From positions 620,001-684,000 of the forward strand of contig JBPGPT010000002.1 of the NCBI GenBank assembly GCA_051047955.1: a stretch of 64,000 nucleotides of DNA. The letters are read 5' to 3'. Origin of the DNA: Cystobasidiomycetes sp. EMM_F5. Taxonomy: Eukaryota. The notes beneath the pieces were generated by a model. That model made no database searches. It was not told the origin of the DNA and worked only from the letters and a program-made list of their open reading frames with translations. Shown here piece by piece: positions 26,221-39,174 of this stretch; position 1 is the first letter of the stretch; the number at the start of each line of letters is the position of its first letter. Both the position numbers and the translations under genes were made by a program.

Positions 26221-28149
26221 ATGGCTAGTCTCATCAGTGGACTCATCTTAGCCTGTCTCGTTCTACTTCTGGCTCGCAGCCTGCACGCCGGCTTGCGGAC
26301 TTTCAGGCACAATGCAGCTGCCGTCAGGTAAGGCATATATTCCTCGGCATTGCACGCTAGGTTTACTTACATCACCAACATGCAGTCATATTCCTGGATA
26401 TCGGATAGCGTTACACCCGCATGCAATCCTCGCAACGTGGCTGCCTCGTCTCGGTTGTTTCTTCAACATCGGCGAGCAGTACACATGGCGATACAAGCAT
26501 GATCTATTTGCGGAGTACGGTTCCGATTTGATATCGGTCGTGTCCCACATCCCGCATACCCGCAGTGTTATTACGTGCGATCCAGAAGCCGTCAAAAGCT
26601 TGGTCACCAATCGGAAGCGATACATCAAGCCAATAAATATGTACAAACCGCTGGCCATGTTTGGTCCCAATGTCGGCGTCACGGAAGGGCATGAGTGGAT
26701 CAGACACAAAAGGATCGTCGCGTCTTCCAATCTTCTGGAGGTGGGTCATCTGGAATGATACTCCAGACTATCCTGGCAGCTAATTCGACATGCGTGATGT
26801 ACAGAACATCAACGTTCTTGCTTGGCAAAATACAATGAAGACGCTTGATCTCTGCTTCGAAGACTGGAGAAGTCAAATGGAAAGCAGCGGGCAGCGCAAA
26901 GTCCGGACGAGCAATGTGGTACAGCTTACTCTGAAGGTAAGCGGACGCATTGTAGGGATCAATGCCGAATTAACGCTTGTCTTTACCATAGCTAGCACTC
27001 TTCGTCATTCTTGGTGCTGGCTTCTCGCACTTTCCTGCGTGGAACGACGATGCAAAAGAGAGCTTGACAGGAGCCCACTCCATGTCATTTCGCCACGCAC
27101 TACACAACGTTCTTGAGAATGTATGGTGGAAGATCGTCTTACCGACATGGGCATACAAGCTGCCGTTCTGCGGATTCGTCCGTAAGATAGGCACCTCCTT
27201 CGACGAGTTTGGTATGTATCTGCAAGAAATGGTACATGACCGCCGCCAGCTAGGGAGAGAAGCGGTCGATCGTCGTGCAACAGATCTACTCGGTGCACTT
27301 GTCCAGTCGAGTGGTGCGGATGAAGAGGACGCTGTTCCTGTTGAGCCAGAAGTGAAGACATCGGATAAGCTCAGCGATCAGGAAGTAATGGGAAACATCT
27401 ATGTCTTCTTGCTGGCAGGACACGGTAAGGTATTATTCGGTTTGATGCGTACGACCATCGCTGAGATCGCTTTTGCAGATACAACAGCTCATACGCTAGC
27501 TTTCACTTTCGGGCTGCTAGCTCTATATCCAGATATCCAGCAGAAGCTGCTGGAAGAGATCTCGTCTATTCTGCCCAGCGCTTCTCACGATCTCACATAC
27601 GAAACGATAGCCAAACTGAAGTACTCGCACGCCGTATTCCTGGAAACACTCCGCCTATATCCTTCGGTCGTCGTTGTGCCCAAGTTCTCTCTGGAGGATG
27701 GCTACGTGCCTGTGCACGCCTTTGAGGCAGACTGCGATGACACAACGATTAGTGGACCTCGGCAAGTCCACATTCCTGAATATTCTGATATTCTCATCGA
27801 TGTGCCTGGGATGCACTATAATCCGCGATACTGGGGGAACGACGCGGCCGATTTCCGTCCAACTCGGTTCCTCGACAATGAAGAAACCGGATATCGATGG
27901 CCGCGAGAGGCATTTATGGGTTTCTCGCAAGGTCCGCGAGCGTGTCTTGGCCAGAAATTTGCGCAAGTTGAGGCAACAACCATCATTACGGAGATTGTCC
28001 GCCGATTCGAAATTCGGATCGATCCGTCTGCTTTGAAGGCTGGGGAGAGTACCGCTCAGGCGAGGAGGCGGCTGCTCGATAGCTGCAAGACCGTCATCAC
28101 ATTGACGCCTAAGCCTTTTCCAGTTGTCTTTGTCGAGAGGATGCCTTGA
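26221..28149 (+). CDS. Cytochrome P450 monooxygenase
   Basis: N-terminal TM anchor, I-helix AGHDTT (across an intron), ETLR, FRPTRF and heme motif FSQGPRACLG. Confidence 0.95.
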
Positions 28150-28217
28150 TTACTGTTGTAAGCGCATTCATTTACGCAATCTGTGCTCGTTCGAGTCTCG
28201 TGATGTGAGGCAATGAT

Positions 28218-29253
28218 TCAGTCAACAATGACAACATCTGCAGGTGAGACAATGTTCAGCCTATTGACATACCCCGTGCAGCAACGGCCATGACGTACAT
28301 TCTCTCGTCGAAAATGCAAACTGTATGACATCGTTTGCCTGAATTTCGTAGTATCTGGATGGTGGGATGGCGGTTCCATTCACGGTCGTCCCGTTGGCAG
28401 ACTCGAGGTCGATAATGTAGGGTCTGACGATGAAGTGTTAGCTATTCCAAGCCCTAGCGTACAAAGGTTACTCACTTTGTAATGTTTTTGGTCTCCCCAA
28501 ACTCGCTTCGCTCCTGAATCGAGCGAAATTGCAGTACGGCATGCTGTTTTGACGAGGAGGGGTGCTCGATGTGTATGTCAACCACCTTTAAACGAGATCG
28601 TCAGCCTTGAAAGCAATATAGAGCAGATGTATCCAACGCACCGTTCGGTCGCGACCAAAGAGGTATGCGCTCTGCCTGTTGATCTGAACCATGTCTACCT
28701 GCTCCTTGCCCTTGAAGACGTACAATCTCCATCCTTTGTTGGGTTTCCTCGCCTCTGGGGGTTCGTTGTACTTGAGCACAACACCTTTAAAAGTGTTTGT
28801 CTCGGCAGCCAAAGCTCCAGAGTTCTTAAAGTTTGGCTTGGAGGCCTCTATCGCTTCCGCTGAGGGCGAGGGAGATCTATCCTTTCCTCGCCTATCTCTC
28901 GAGCCTGACGGTACTCCTGCCTCTGCCAATGCAGCTGTTTGCGAGGGCAGCGGTTGTTGGCTGCGACCGGCGTTCTGTTTAGCTGGCGGCGGTGACCTTG
29001 ACCGCGATCTTGACCTTGACCGACTAGGACTTCGCCGTCGTCCATCGTTACGACGTCCGTATGAGCTGCCCTCTCTGCCGTCCCCATTGCCATATCGTCT
29101 ACCATCACCTTTGCGGTCGCTGTCCACGTCGCGGCTACTCCTGCTTCGATATCCATCTCTGCGACGATATCCATCCTCGTTCTCGTCTCTGTCCCGTTGA
29201 CGCCGTGGTGGTGAACGACTTCTGCTGCGCTCACGGCCGGCATACGATGGCAT
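28218..29253 (-). CDS. PML1: SNIP1/Pml1 FHA-domain RES complex subunit
   Basis: RS-rich N-terminus; KPNF..SGALAAETN..LKYNEPPEARKP..WRLYVFKG..YLFGRDR; HPSSSKQHAVLQFR; IIDLESANGT. Confidence 0.92.
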
Positions 29254-29325
29254 GTTTGTCGTTTGTAGGGCAAGAAGGCAAGATGCGATTCGAAAATTAC
29301 AAGCCAAATGCAGCTTTCACCATTT

Positions 29326-29989
29326 TTATTCCTTTGACGGCGTCCTGTCTACAGGAATACCCATATCCGTCAATGTATCCTGTATCTGCTGGTCCGCCTG
29401 CGCTTCAGTCATCTCTCCTCTGGCAGCCAACATGAGTTCGTATAGCTGTCCGATTTGCTCGGGAGACATCTGAGGAGACCAAAAGAAGGGAGTCAGTAGG
29501 ATTACCTATTTGTAACTTGAAACAACATACCTTCTCCACTAAGCGCATATCCAGCCGTTTCCCTCGCTGTTCTTGCTTTGACACGCCACTAGAAGTTAGT
29601 TCGTCGAGGTAGGACTTCCATCTGGAGGATATGTTGGTTATTGGCAGCACTTGCTATCCAGTACATGTTTATGCGCTCACTCGCTCAGGAATCCAATGAT
29701 ATGCAGCGGGTTGTCTGTAGATTTCGTTCGCCTGAACTCAGCTTTGACGTAGTCGTCGCCTGGCAATGAATCGCAAATCAGCTTCTGAAGAGCTCAATGG
29801 CAGTACCATCGGCCATCATCAACACCGCAACTCACCCAACACCTTCATCTCGACTGGCAGATGCTTCCGATGCGCTCGCAGCAGTCGCCGATACAGCACC
29901 AGCGGTGGCAGCAGTGATTGCGAGACGGCTTTTGCGCTGATGGGCGTGGCCGATACAGCTTCCGCCAGTCTGGGCAGTGTTCTGAGCAT
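29326..29989 (-). CDS. SDH7: SDH assembly factor 3 (Sdh7/ACN9, LYR protein)
   Basis: [60 protein letters not shown]. Confidence 0.92.
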
Positions 29990-30166
29990 GTTTGGTGGGC
30001 AGTGTGTTGGTCGATTGTAATCAGAAGTGCCCAGTTCACAAAACAAATGGATCTATCCTTTATGGTCTTTGATCATTACTCGGACATTCTTTCCTAACCA
30101 GATATGCCATAACAAGCTGTGACACTGCCTACATGACTTGCGACTGGTACATCTTGGACGTAGACG

Positions 30167-32307
30167 ATGGGCGCAAATGCAAGCACCCCGGCCGGAGATG
30201 GCAGCCGTAGTGCAAATGGCACATCGGCAGCTCAAGGACCCGATGACTTTTATGAGCGTGCGTTGCTTTGCTGATGCTTTCGTTGCTGAGAATTGCTCAC
30301 ACAGTATGACATCCCACAGTGCTCGGCGTAGACGTCGAAGCTACGTATGATGAAATTCGTAAAGGGTGACGATAAATCACAATCTACACGTTGAACGATG
30401 ATGTGCTGATACATGTCTGCATCAGATTTCGTCGTGAAGCGCTCAAATGGCATCCGGATAAGAATGCTGGTTCCGATGATGCATCTCGGCGTTTCGTCAA
30501 AATACAGGCGGCATACGATGTGTACGAATACACTCTTATTGAGAAAAGTGACAAGAATCTGAAGTTTGTTTTGATAGCCTCTCTGATAATCAAGAACGAG
30601 CATACTACGATGCTCATCGGGGAGACATTGGCCAAGGTTAGGTGCCAGTCAGAATTTCCTGTATCCATGCTAAAGCGATGCGTCACAGGCGATCTCGACG
30701 AAAGTTATGACCTTCGCGAACGAGCAAAGCAAGCTGCCACCTCCAAGCAAGCTGTCCGTATCACAGCCAAGCATCTCATGCGTTTCTTTGATGCATCACT
30801 CTGGAACGGCGACTTTTCTGACGATGCCAATGTACGTCTGCACCCACATGAAGGGCGATGAGACTCATATTACTCACTAACGACCATCATACAGGGCTTC
30901 TATGGAATATACAGAACTCTGTTCGAGACCATCTCGCAAAGCGAGTATTACGCTACTGCACCGCACGGCGAGCCTGCATTGTCAAGCCCGCCTGTGCACT
31001 ATCCTACATTCGGCTTATCTACAACCTCGTATGACGATGGGAGCGGTCAATTGAAGCAGTTCTATAATGCATACCTCAACTTTGTCAGTCGCCGTGCATT
31101 CAACGAAGTCGACCTGTACAAGCTGCAAGACGCGCCAGACAGACGCATCAAACGGTAAGTAGTACCTGTCATGACGTGTTCTAGCCATTGAGAGTGGCTT
31201 ACGATATACCTTTGGATAGATTGATGGAAAAGGAGAACAAGCGAGCCAGAGATGACGCTCGAAAAGAGTACAATGACGCAGTTCGATCCGTAGCAGCGTT
31301 TGTGAAGAAACGTGACCCACGATTCCTTAATTCAACATCAAGCGATCCTCTGCGGGCAAAGCAGCTTGAGAGACAAAAATTGCAAGCTCAGCTCAAGCAA
31401 GCCAGTCTGGAAGCAGCCCGTGCCCGTGAAGCTTCTGCACGCGCTTTTGTCGAACAAGACTGGCAGCGACCTCGCGAAGCGGAGGAGAGCGAGTCGGACT
31501 CCGTCGCTTCTGACTCTCAAGCTGGCAACGAAAACGAGATGACAGCCGAAGGTAACGGGGCGGAAGAGGCCGAAGCTTCGGAAGAAGATGCAGGCATTCC
31601 AGACTGGTACTGCCCCGCTTGCGAGAAGGACTTTGCCTCGCAAGGAGCTTGGGACAACCACGAACGTTCTCGAAAGCATGTCAAGAATATGGAGAAATTG
31701 CGTAGGGAGATGCAAGCGGAAGAATTTGAGTTGAGCCTCGCTCAGGATGTGCAAGATGATCTTGTTCTTGCCGAAAATAAGTTGGATGATGCTCAACAGC
31801 CAGCGAAATTATCAAAGAAGGAAAAGAAGAAGGCGAGGCGGAAAGTCGCGATAGATCTTGAAAGTGCAGAGGAGGTGCTGGAAACGGTTGCTGCCTCTGG
31901 CAACGACGACGAGCCTGGCTTGCAAGAGACCCAAGTCCTTCCGTCCCGAGGCGATAGTCCACCGATAGCCGGTGCAGAACCCGCCGCTCCTGATGCCATC
32001 GAATTGCCGGACGGAGATTCTGTAAACGGCACGGCGGAACCACAACTGAGCAAGCGCGACAAGAGGAGGGCGAAGGAAGCAGCAAAGAAGGCTTCCGGAT
32101 CGAGTACACCAGCAGAGGTCGGTTGATGTGTTAGTACTATCACCTTTCTCCGTCTGACGAGCGGTTTTGCGTTTTCAGATATGTAACGTGTGCGATACCG
32201 TCTTCTCATCTCGGTCGAAGCTATTTGACCACATCAAAGCAACTGGCCATGCTAGGGCCGCACCCGAAGATACCGGAAAGTCTGGCAAGAAGGGCAAGAG
32301 GAAGTAA
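30167..32307 (+). CDS. JJJ1: J-domain/zinc-finger protein Jjj1/DNAJC21
   Basis: WHPDKN J-domain; RLMEKENKR..FVKKRDPR; C2H2 fingers CPACEKDF..HERSRKH and CNVC..LFDHIKATGH. Confidence 0.93.
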
Positions 32308-32564
32308 GTCTCGCATGCGCAGTCAGGGTAAGGGAACAGGTAGTATTGCATTATCAGCGTAAGTTGGCATATTCAGTCTGTTGTTGTATCTCCGTATGTA
32401 CGTAAGTGCTTTGGCGTGTGGTTCGCGGAAACGGTGCTTGCTGTCTGTTGATCCGGTTTACACGAGTGCTTCGCCACCAGTGTTGACTGCGAAATTACGA
32501 CTCGTCTACAGAGTCGCTTCCTACTGACCGAGTAATAATATCTGTAGTTGCTGCCGCCGTCAAG

Positions 32565-33056
32565 ATGTTAATTAAAGTCAAGGTGAGCCAGCTACGATGC
32601 TTTTGCAGTCCTTCATGCAGCTGAAATCATGATGGTTGCTGCCAGACATTGACTGGCAAAGAGGTCAGTCAACACCGCATCTCTAGTGATTTCCCGCCAG
32701 TACAATATCTGAAACAAGCCCTACATGCATCGCTGATACTCTCAGATCGAGCTGGACATTGAGCCTACCGACAAGGTCAGCCCGTTCCTGGTGACAGTGC
32801 AAAAGGAGACGACTTACGCGCTCACTTGTCAGGTTATGAATATCAAAGAAAAGGTCGAGGAGAAGGAGGGCATTCCCCCGGCTCAGCAAAGACTCATATT
32901 CAATGGCAAGCAGATGTGGGTCCGATAGATCATTACCGTCTTGATTCCGCATCTAATCAATTTAACAGGGCCGACGAGAAGACTGCTGCAGAGTCAAATG
33001 TTGAAAGCGGGAATGTCTTACACTTGGTTCTCGCATTGAGAGGGGGAGCGAGATGA
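32565..33056 (+). CDS. NEDD8: Ubiquitin-like protein NEDD8/Rub1 (5 exons)
   Basis: [50 protein letters not shown]|..[12 protein letters not shown]. Confidence 0.96.
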
Positions 33057-33330
33057 TTATTTCAACATTCGTTCATAGTGGCTTCAGGCGGGGTCCATGC
33101 AGCACAACCGCGCAGATTTCCCGTTAGATCATTCGAGTAGATTCTGTACTTTACATTACAGCAGGTTTCAATCATCTAGTCACTCAGCTGCGTAACATGT
33201 TCCACCCCGTCTGAAACTAGTGGAAACCGCTTACGTGGGAAGCCGTACCTCTTTCCCCTAGGTAGCCCTACACCTACATCCACAAGGACTAACTGATTGT
33301 ATTTGTGCGTTCTCGCTGATCAAGGTTGCG

Positions 33331-35442
33331 TCATTGTGAATATGCTTGACGTGCTTTCAGCGGAACCTTCGCCCAGTATATTGACTCTGGAGTACCCGTA
33401 AGTACCTCTACCTCCACATACTTGGCGTGGATTTCAGCTATGCCGAAGGCGACATCGGGATTGGTAGATGAAGCATCGACGTGCTTGAATTTGCGTTTAC
33501 CGGTAAAGTACGACGCAATGAAGGAAGCGCTAGCGGCATCAGCAAAGCGTAGATAGCACTGCAAGGGGCGGTATGAGTCATCCGTTAACGTAAACGCTAA
33601 GCAGGGACCTTACTGAGTCAACGTTACGAATGTGATCGACGTAATGGAGACTAGAAGTAGCCATTTCCTCTTGCTCTAGAATGGCCTGTATGAGCGTCTT
33701 GAGCGTTGTCCCATTCACATTGGGATCGATACGCTTGCAGAACAGTACACAGCCTCGTGGGAATCCGTCTTTGCCAGAATCGTACGTGCGGAGAGGCCTC
33801 TCGGGTGATGGTGAGAGAGGCTTACGCTCCCACCTTCCGTTGGAATCAGACTTGATTCGGGATGGGCTCGGTGAACGATCTCTCCGGGACCATCGGCTAG
33901 GACTTTGCGCTTTCTTCCTGGTATCGCGATGTGATTCTAAAGAGTCGCTGCGTTGCCTGTATGATCGGGCCAGGCGTTCCTCGCGTTGATGCTGTAGGGT
34001 CGTGAGATCGCGAAAGTACGCCATGTACTCGCTCTTCAGCGTGTTGAATGTCGTTCTTGGAGACGCGCGTTGTCAGTATAGTAGAACATAAGTTTTGTTG
34101 GGCTTACATTGGCATCATTGTAAATCCGCTTTGCAGAGCCCGCTTGTGGGGCGTCGTCACTGATGCGCCGCCCTCAGTAGCTGAGGCACTCGGCATATCT
34201 TCTGTGATCCCGGAGCTGACTGTCGCCAATGCTGCCGAGACCTCCCCATCGTCGTCCTCACTAGATGTCGAGACGTTATCATCGTCGTTCAGCGAGCTCC
34301 CCTGTCCGCTGTCGAATCTGTCTGCGCTCCATTTGATTGCAGCTGTCTGTGCCTTCTCAGCATCATTCAGCACCACGAAAGCGAAGCCCTTGAAAGGTCC
34401 GCCATTCTTTGGCAGGACATACGCTTTCTGACGCCTCCTAAGATCGGCATCTGCTGCATCGCTTTTCGCCCCGCTACGCGTACTACTTTTCTCCGACTTT
34501 CTTTCCGTACCGTACGCATTGGAATATAGTCCGCCGATGTGCGATGCGGCAGCCGTGCTCTCTGTACTTTCAGAAGCAGTCTTCAAGGCAGCTGGCGGAA
34601 CATAGATTCTCGGCAGTCGCAGAACGTCAATTGAACAGTCCAGTAGTTCCGTGAGGAATCTGCGAAGAGATTCAAGCGTGTACTGCTTGACCCGCTTGAC
34701 GCCGGGGACACTAGCCGAAGGTATATTCTCCAGGTAAAAAGTCCTCAGGCCCCATTCGTCGATAGTCATAGCCCTTAGACGTTCATAGTCGGCCTCAATA
34801 CTCCTTGCAACCTGGAAGCCAGTTTCATCTAGCCGTATAGACTGTGAAGGGCCTGTTCGTATTGCTTCGGTAATATCCGACAAGGTGTCTGTGACATCAA
34901 GAACCGATGGCAAGCTGAGAAGATGTGAGATATGAACGTCTGTCACGAATACATAGAAGGGTAGCATTAGCTAGACGATAGGTAGCTTCAATAGTTGACG
35001 AACATCCGGTTTCGCTTTCTGCCAACTTTTCCAGCAAGGTTCTATTCTGACATGATAGACCCCAGTCTGATAGGCATTCTTCGAGTGTGTGTCTCAGCAG
35101 CTCCAACTTCTGCGCTCGCTCTGGTATTATGGAGGATGATTTTGCAACGTCGTTTGACTTGCTGTCTGTCGATGTTCCAGCGGATTTCGCTACGAGGTGC
35201 GAGCCTGTAGCATCAGAGAGTGGGGCTGACGCCGCGACAGCATTGTATCCAGTGAGCGCATCCTTCGCGGAACCGTCAACCTCTGGCTTCGGTTCTCCAT
35301 CTTCAGCTGGCTTCGCAGGAATAGCCGGTGTTTGAGCAGAGACTGTCGGCGGATCTACTGCAGCAGATAGTGCGACTGCAGAATCAGCTGCTGGGAGCGA
35401 TCCAGCTCCACCCTTCCGCTTTGTAGATCTCGGTGCAAACAT
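33331..35442 (-). CDS. LARP7/Pof8/p65-like La-related RNA-binding protein
   Basis: La-motif-like LEECLSDWGL..HISHLL, RRM1 (TFYLENIP..FKGFAFV) and C-terminal xRRM (FPRGCVLF..YVDH..CYLRF..LTGTPESIYWAKVP). Confidence 0.8.
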
Positions 35443-35535
35443 ACGGCCAGTTGCCGTGAGCAGGACGTGCGTCAACAAGCCATGATATTAGACGTCTAGC
35501 GTGCATTTCACATCGACAGCTATCAAAGACTATTC

Positions 35536-36117
35536 TCATCCATACTTGGCGTCTGGCCTGTCGTAGTCTGCGTACATATCGTCCCGCGCGAAGACTGACG
35601 AGTCCATACTGGACTTGCCCTTGTTTATATCGCTCGGCAGGTCGCCGACCTCAGACGGCATAGCACTGGCTCGAGTGACCATGACTGAAGGTAGCTCTGT
35701 CAAGGTCTCGGGCTTGTTGGGCAGGAGTACAAGTCCCTTTTCTTGCAGCATGTCGAGCAGAGCTTTACGTTCCCGCCTGAATCTTGCTAGCACGCATGAC
35801 ATGATTGTCAAGGTCATGAGACTGGCTAGGAAAGCCATGAAGAGAATGAAGACGATCATCCCGCCGTTGTCGTTGATGAAGCCATTGGGATATGCTTCAT
35901 CAGCCTCGTCGGTTGAAGTACTGAGTGTACTGGATGAAGTGGTCGAGGCAGCTTTCTTGCCTTTCTTGCCAGACGCAGAGGTGGTTGTGGACTCTGTAGT
36001 GCTAGTCCCGGCGGTATTGGTAGCGCTGGCCGTTTCAGCTGCGCCAGCTTGCAGCGTCTGGATGAGGAGAGTATGGATTAAAAAGAGCGTGAACGGGAGT
36101 AGCCTCGGGCGTTGCAT
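35536..36117 (-). CDS. Type I single-pass membrane protein, unknown function
   Basis: Signal peptide, S/T-rich ectodomain, TM helix GMIVFILFMAFLASLMTLTIMSCVL and basic stop-transfer sequence. Confidence 0.8.
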   Translation of the reverse strand: MQRPRLLPFTLFLIHTLLIQTLQAGAAETASATNTAGTSTTESTTTSASGKKGKKAASTTSSSTLSTSTDEADEAYPNGFINDNGGMIVFILFMAFLASLMTLTIMSCVLARFRRERKALLDMLQEKGLVLLPNKPETLTELPSVMVTRASAMPSEVGDLPSDINKGKSSMDSSVFARDDMYADYDRPDAKYG

Positions 36118-36393
36118 CCTCCCTCGTTGCTGTTGTAGCTGTGTGGGTGTGTCAGTATTGCGTTGATGGGAGACTGGCCAGTCCCACTCACGCTGCCATC
36201 CTGACGTCTCCGCAGACTTAGCGGTGCAGAAATTGCACGGCCACGGGAGAAAGGCAGTAAGTGGAGAGTCAGCTGATCAGCGAGAGGCTTGGAGTTGACA
36301 TCTGACGGGCAGAGTATTCATTCGATTTAGCGCTTTATCAACATATTCGCTTTAGCGTCATCGATCGCAAACTGTCCGCCCCGCCAGTCAAGC

Positions 36394-37329
36394 ATGGCCA
36401 GCTTGTCCATGTACCACCAGCGTCTAGCGAAGCATTCTGTTGGCAGTCTCATAAGAACTTCAGCTGCTCCTCTCAGATCTACGACCACTTTCCCGAACTT
36501 CCTCAGCTTCTTTCGCTACTCCGGCACAAAGTCCGCAACCATGGTCCGTCCAGAGGGAACTGAAAGCTTGTAAGTTGGTGGTTTCAATACACTGTCTAAA
36601 AGCTAAGATGAATCAACGTAGCAAATTCAACCACACCATGTTTCGCATCAAAGACCCAAAGGTCTCGCTCGAGTTCTACCAAAACGTCATCGGAATGGAG
36701 TTGCTACAAGAGATGAAGATGTCCGATTTCACAAACTACTTCTTAGCCTTCCCGGACGATGCGTACGTCGACGAGTTTCTAGCATGCTTGTCGGCAGTCT
36801 TAGTCTGATTTGCGGTTCGCCGCTTCCATCCGTTTCAAGAACCGAACATCAGTCTATCGAAAGCAAAGCTAAAGCCAGATTCCATCGCGAAGGTAGACTC
36901 TGCGCTACTCTGTATCATTAATCGCGCTAAGCTTGCTACTTATTCACAGGCATCCTTGAGCTCTGCCACAATGTAAGCTAAAACAGCATGGAAGCACAAC
37001 CTACCTTGACTCACTTGGATATGCAGCATGGAACCGAGTCGGATGAGAGCTTCCAGGGGTACGCGAACGGCAATAAAGACGGATCTAAAGGATTTGGTCA
37101 CATCGCCATTTCCGTAAAGGACATCAACGCAGCGTGCGAAAGATTCGAGAAGCTCGGCGTCAATTTCCAGAAGCGACTCTCCGATGGCAGAATGAAGACT
37201 ATCGCCTTTATTACTGATCCAGATGGGTGTGTCTGTTTTTCACAATGCCTGTCGTTTGTTAGTCTGTCAGTAGCTAATTTGCGGTACAGTTATTGGATTG
37301 AAGTTGTGCCTCAACGCGGCGACGTGTAA
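36394..37329 (+). CDS. GLO1: Glyoxalase I (lactoylglutathione lyase), short type; alternative start at 36541
   Basis: [52 protein letters not shown]. Confidence 0.93.
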
Positions 37330-37537
37330 GGTAGCATCGCGCGATGCAAAGTGCCGACTAAAGGCAGAGTACTGCAGGAGAATGAAGCCATCCAACTTGT
37401 AACCCAATAACATCTAAATAACAACCAAAAATACTTGATATAACGAGTGTTTAGCCGAACGAGGCGCGCATTACGCTTCAGAAAATTCCTACGAGGAGCC
37501 CTGTCCATGTACTTCTGCTGCATTTCGACGAGCCCAA

Positions 37538-39137
37538 CTAAACGTGATCCCGAGCATGATCGGCCATGGTGCTTTTTTCTGTGACAATAAAGATGCCGGG
37601 AGCTGGTCTGTGGTCGTCAGCTTCGTAAGAGAACTTGTCTGTGTCCTTGGAGGGACCCTGACCATCGGTCATACGCTCCAGTGGGATGGTGACGCTCTGA
37701 TGGCCATAGCCTGCCGGTAGACGGTGTAGACCAGTATTGCCGTTGTTGGAAGCGGTAGGGTTGCGATGAGCAAGGAACGACTTTAGACCACCGCCTTGGC
37801 TGCCGGCAACGCCTTGGCTTATCGAGGAACCTTCTCCGTTAGCGTGGCGTCGAAGAGACAGTGCCATACGGCAGGACACAAGCGCAGAGATCATGAACTG
37901 TGAAGGGTGTCAGTATGCGCACTTGTACTCAGTATCATGCCGCTCCACTCACAGCCATGCCAGCATTGACTGTCTGCCATTGTAAGGGCGCACCAAGCAA
38001 AAAGCCGACATTGATGAGACTGTAGGATTGCAAATGACAGCGTGAGTGATCTTCATACTGTGTAGAACGCAGGCGAACTTACTTGACGGCAGAAATGGCG
38101 GCAAAGTAGAAGAGACCGCTGACAGGACGAAAAATCACAACGAAAAAGATCAGTCACCTGCGGCTTTCGCGGATATGACTCCTGACGTACTCTCGTACGA
38201 GCACCGACAAAATATTGTCTTTGCTGAGAGAAGCACCTTTTTTGCGCATAATCCAAACCTGATACGGGGCAGACTTTAAGCTACCCGCTTGATTCTTCAG
38301 AACTACGCAAGCTTACTCGGCCGACGAGAAGGACGAAACATAAAGAATCGTACGCAAATGGCCCCAGCTGCAAGTGATGGTCAGTCATTGCTGCATGTGA
38401 GAATCTCAAGCCTCAAAGGCTAACCCAATTTGCGATTCTTAAGGTCGTTGCATCTTTCTTCGCAGACGCGAAGCAGGGACCGAGATCGTTCAAGACTGAG
38501 ACGAGGTAATTGTTAGAGCAGGAGAGAGAGACAGTCGCTCTAGTACGAATCCCCGACTTACAGTGGGGCGCATCAAACATGGTACTGGCGAACCCAGCAA
38601 CAACCACTACAGCTAAAAGAGCGACTCCGAGGATAGCAAGCAGCTAGATACACGAGTACACAAGTCAGTTATTATGAGAATGCGAATGGTATCGGGCTTT
38701 CGACTACTGACCCAGATGTTGCGGCCGTACAGAGCATAAAGTCTCAATGCCAGAAGAGTAGAGACACATATGGTTATGGGCAGGTTACTGTTGACTTGGA
38801 AAGCTGTCCAATCGTGGCATCTCTCGTATGACATCCACGTATTAGAAAGGTAGAGACTGATTGCAAACTTGACCAAAGGCCAGTAACGCAAGATAATGTA
38901 TAGCCCATTAACGGTAGTGGGCTTGGACCGCCATATGTACTTGTACTCGTCAGGTAGAGACAGAAGCCAGTCGTAGACAAGGACTGAATAGATGCAAGCA
39001 GTGTACGTTGCTGACACTCTCATCTGAAACGAATCTCGTGTCAGCATCCGTCACGGGTCGGTCAAGAAATAGCAGAAACCACTTACGGACGCCAGCTTAG
39101 GATCCTCAAGACAGACCCCAGCTGCATCTGACGCCAT
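37538..39137 (-). CDS. DUF6533-type multi-pass membrane protein
   Basis: LVYDWLLSLPDEYKYIWRSK..LYIILRY, LLALRLYALYGRN and SCRMALSLR, with several TM segments over many exons. Confidence 0.8.
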
Positions 39138-39174
39138 GGTTGCGGAGTAGGTTTGTGTAGGTTTGATTGCGAGG

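Noticed and set aside
26221..28149. P450 as part of a secondary-metabolite cluster
   Set aside because: The neighbours are housekeeping genes, and there is no PKS, NRPS or terpene synthase in the window.
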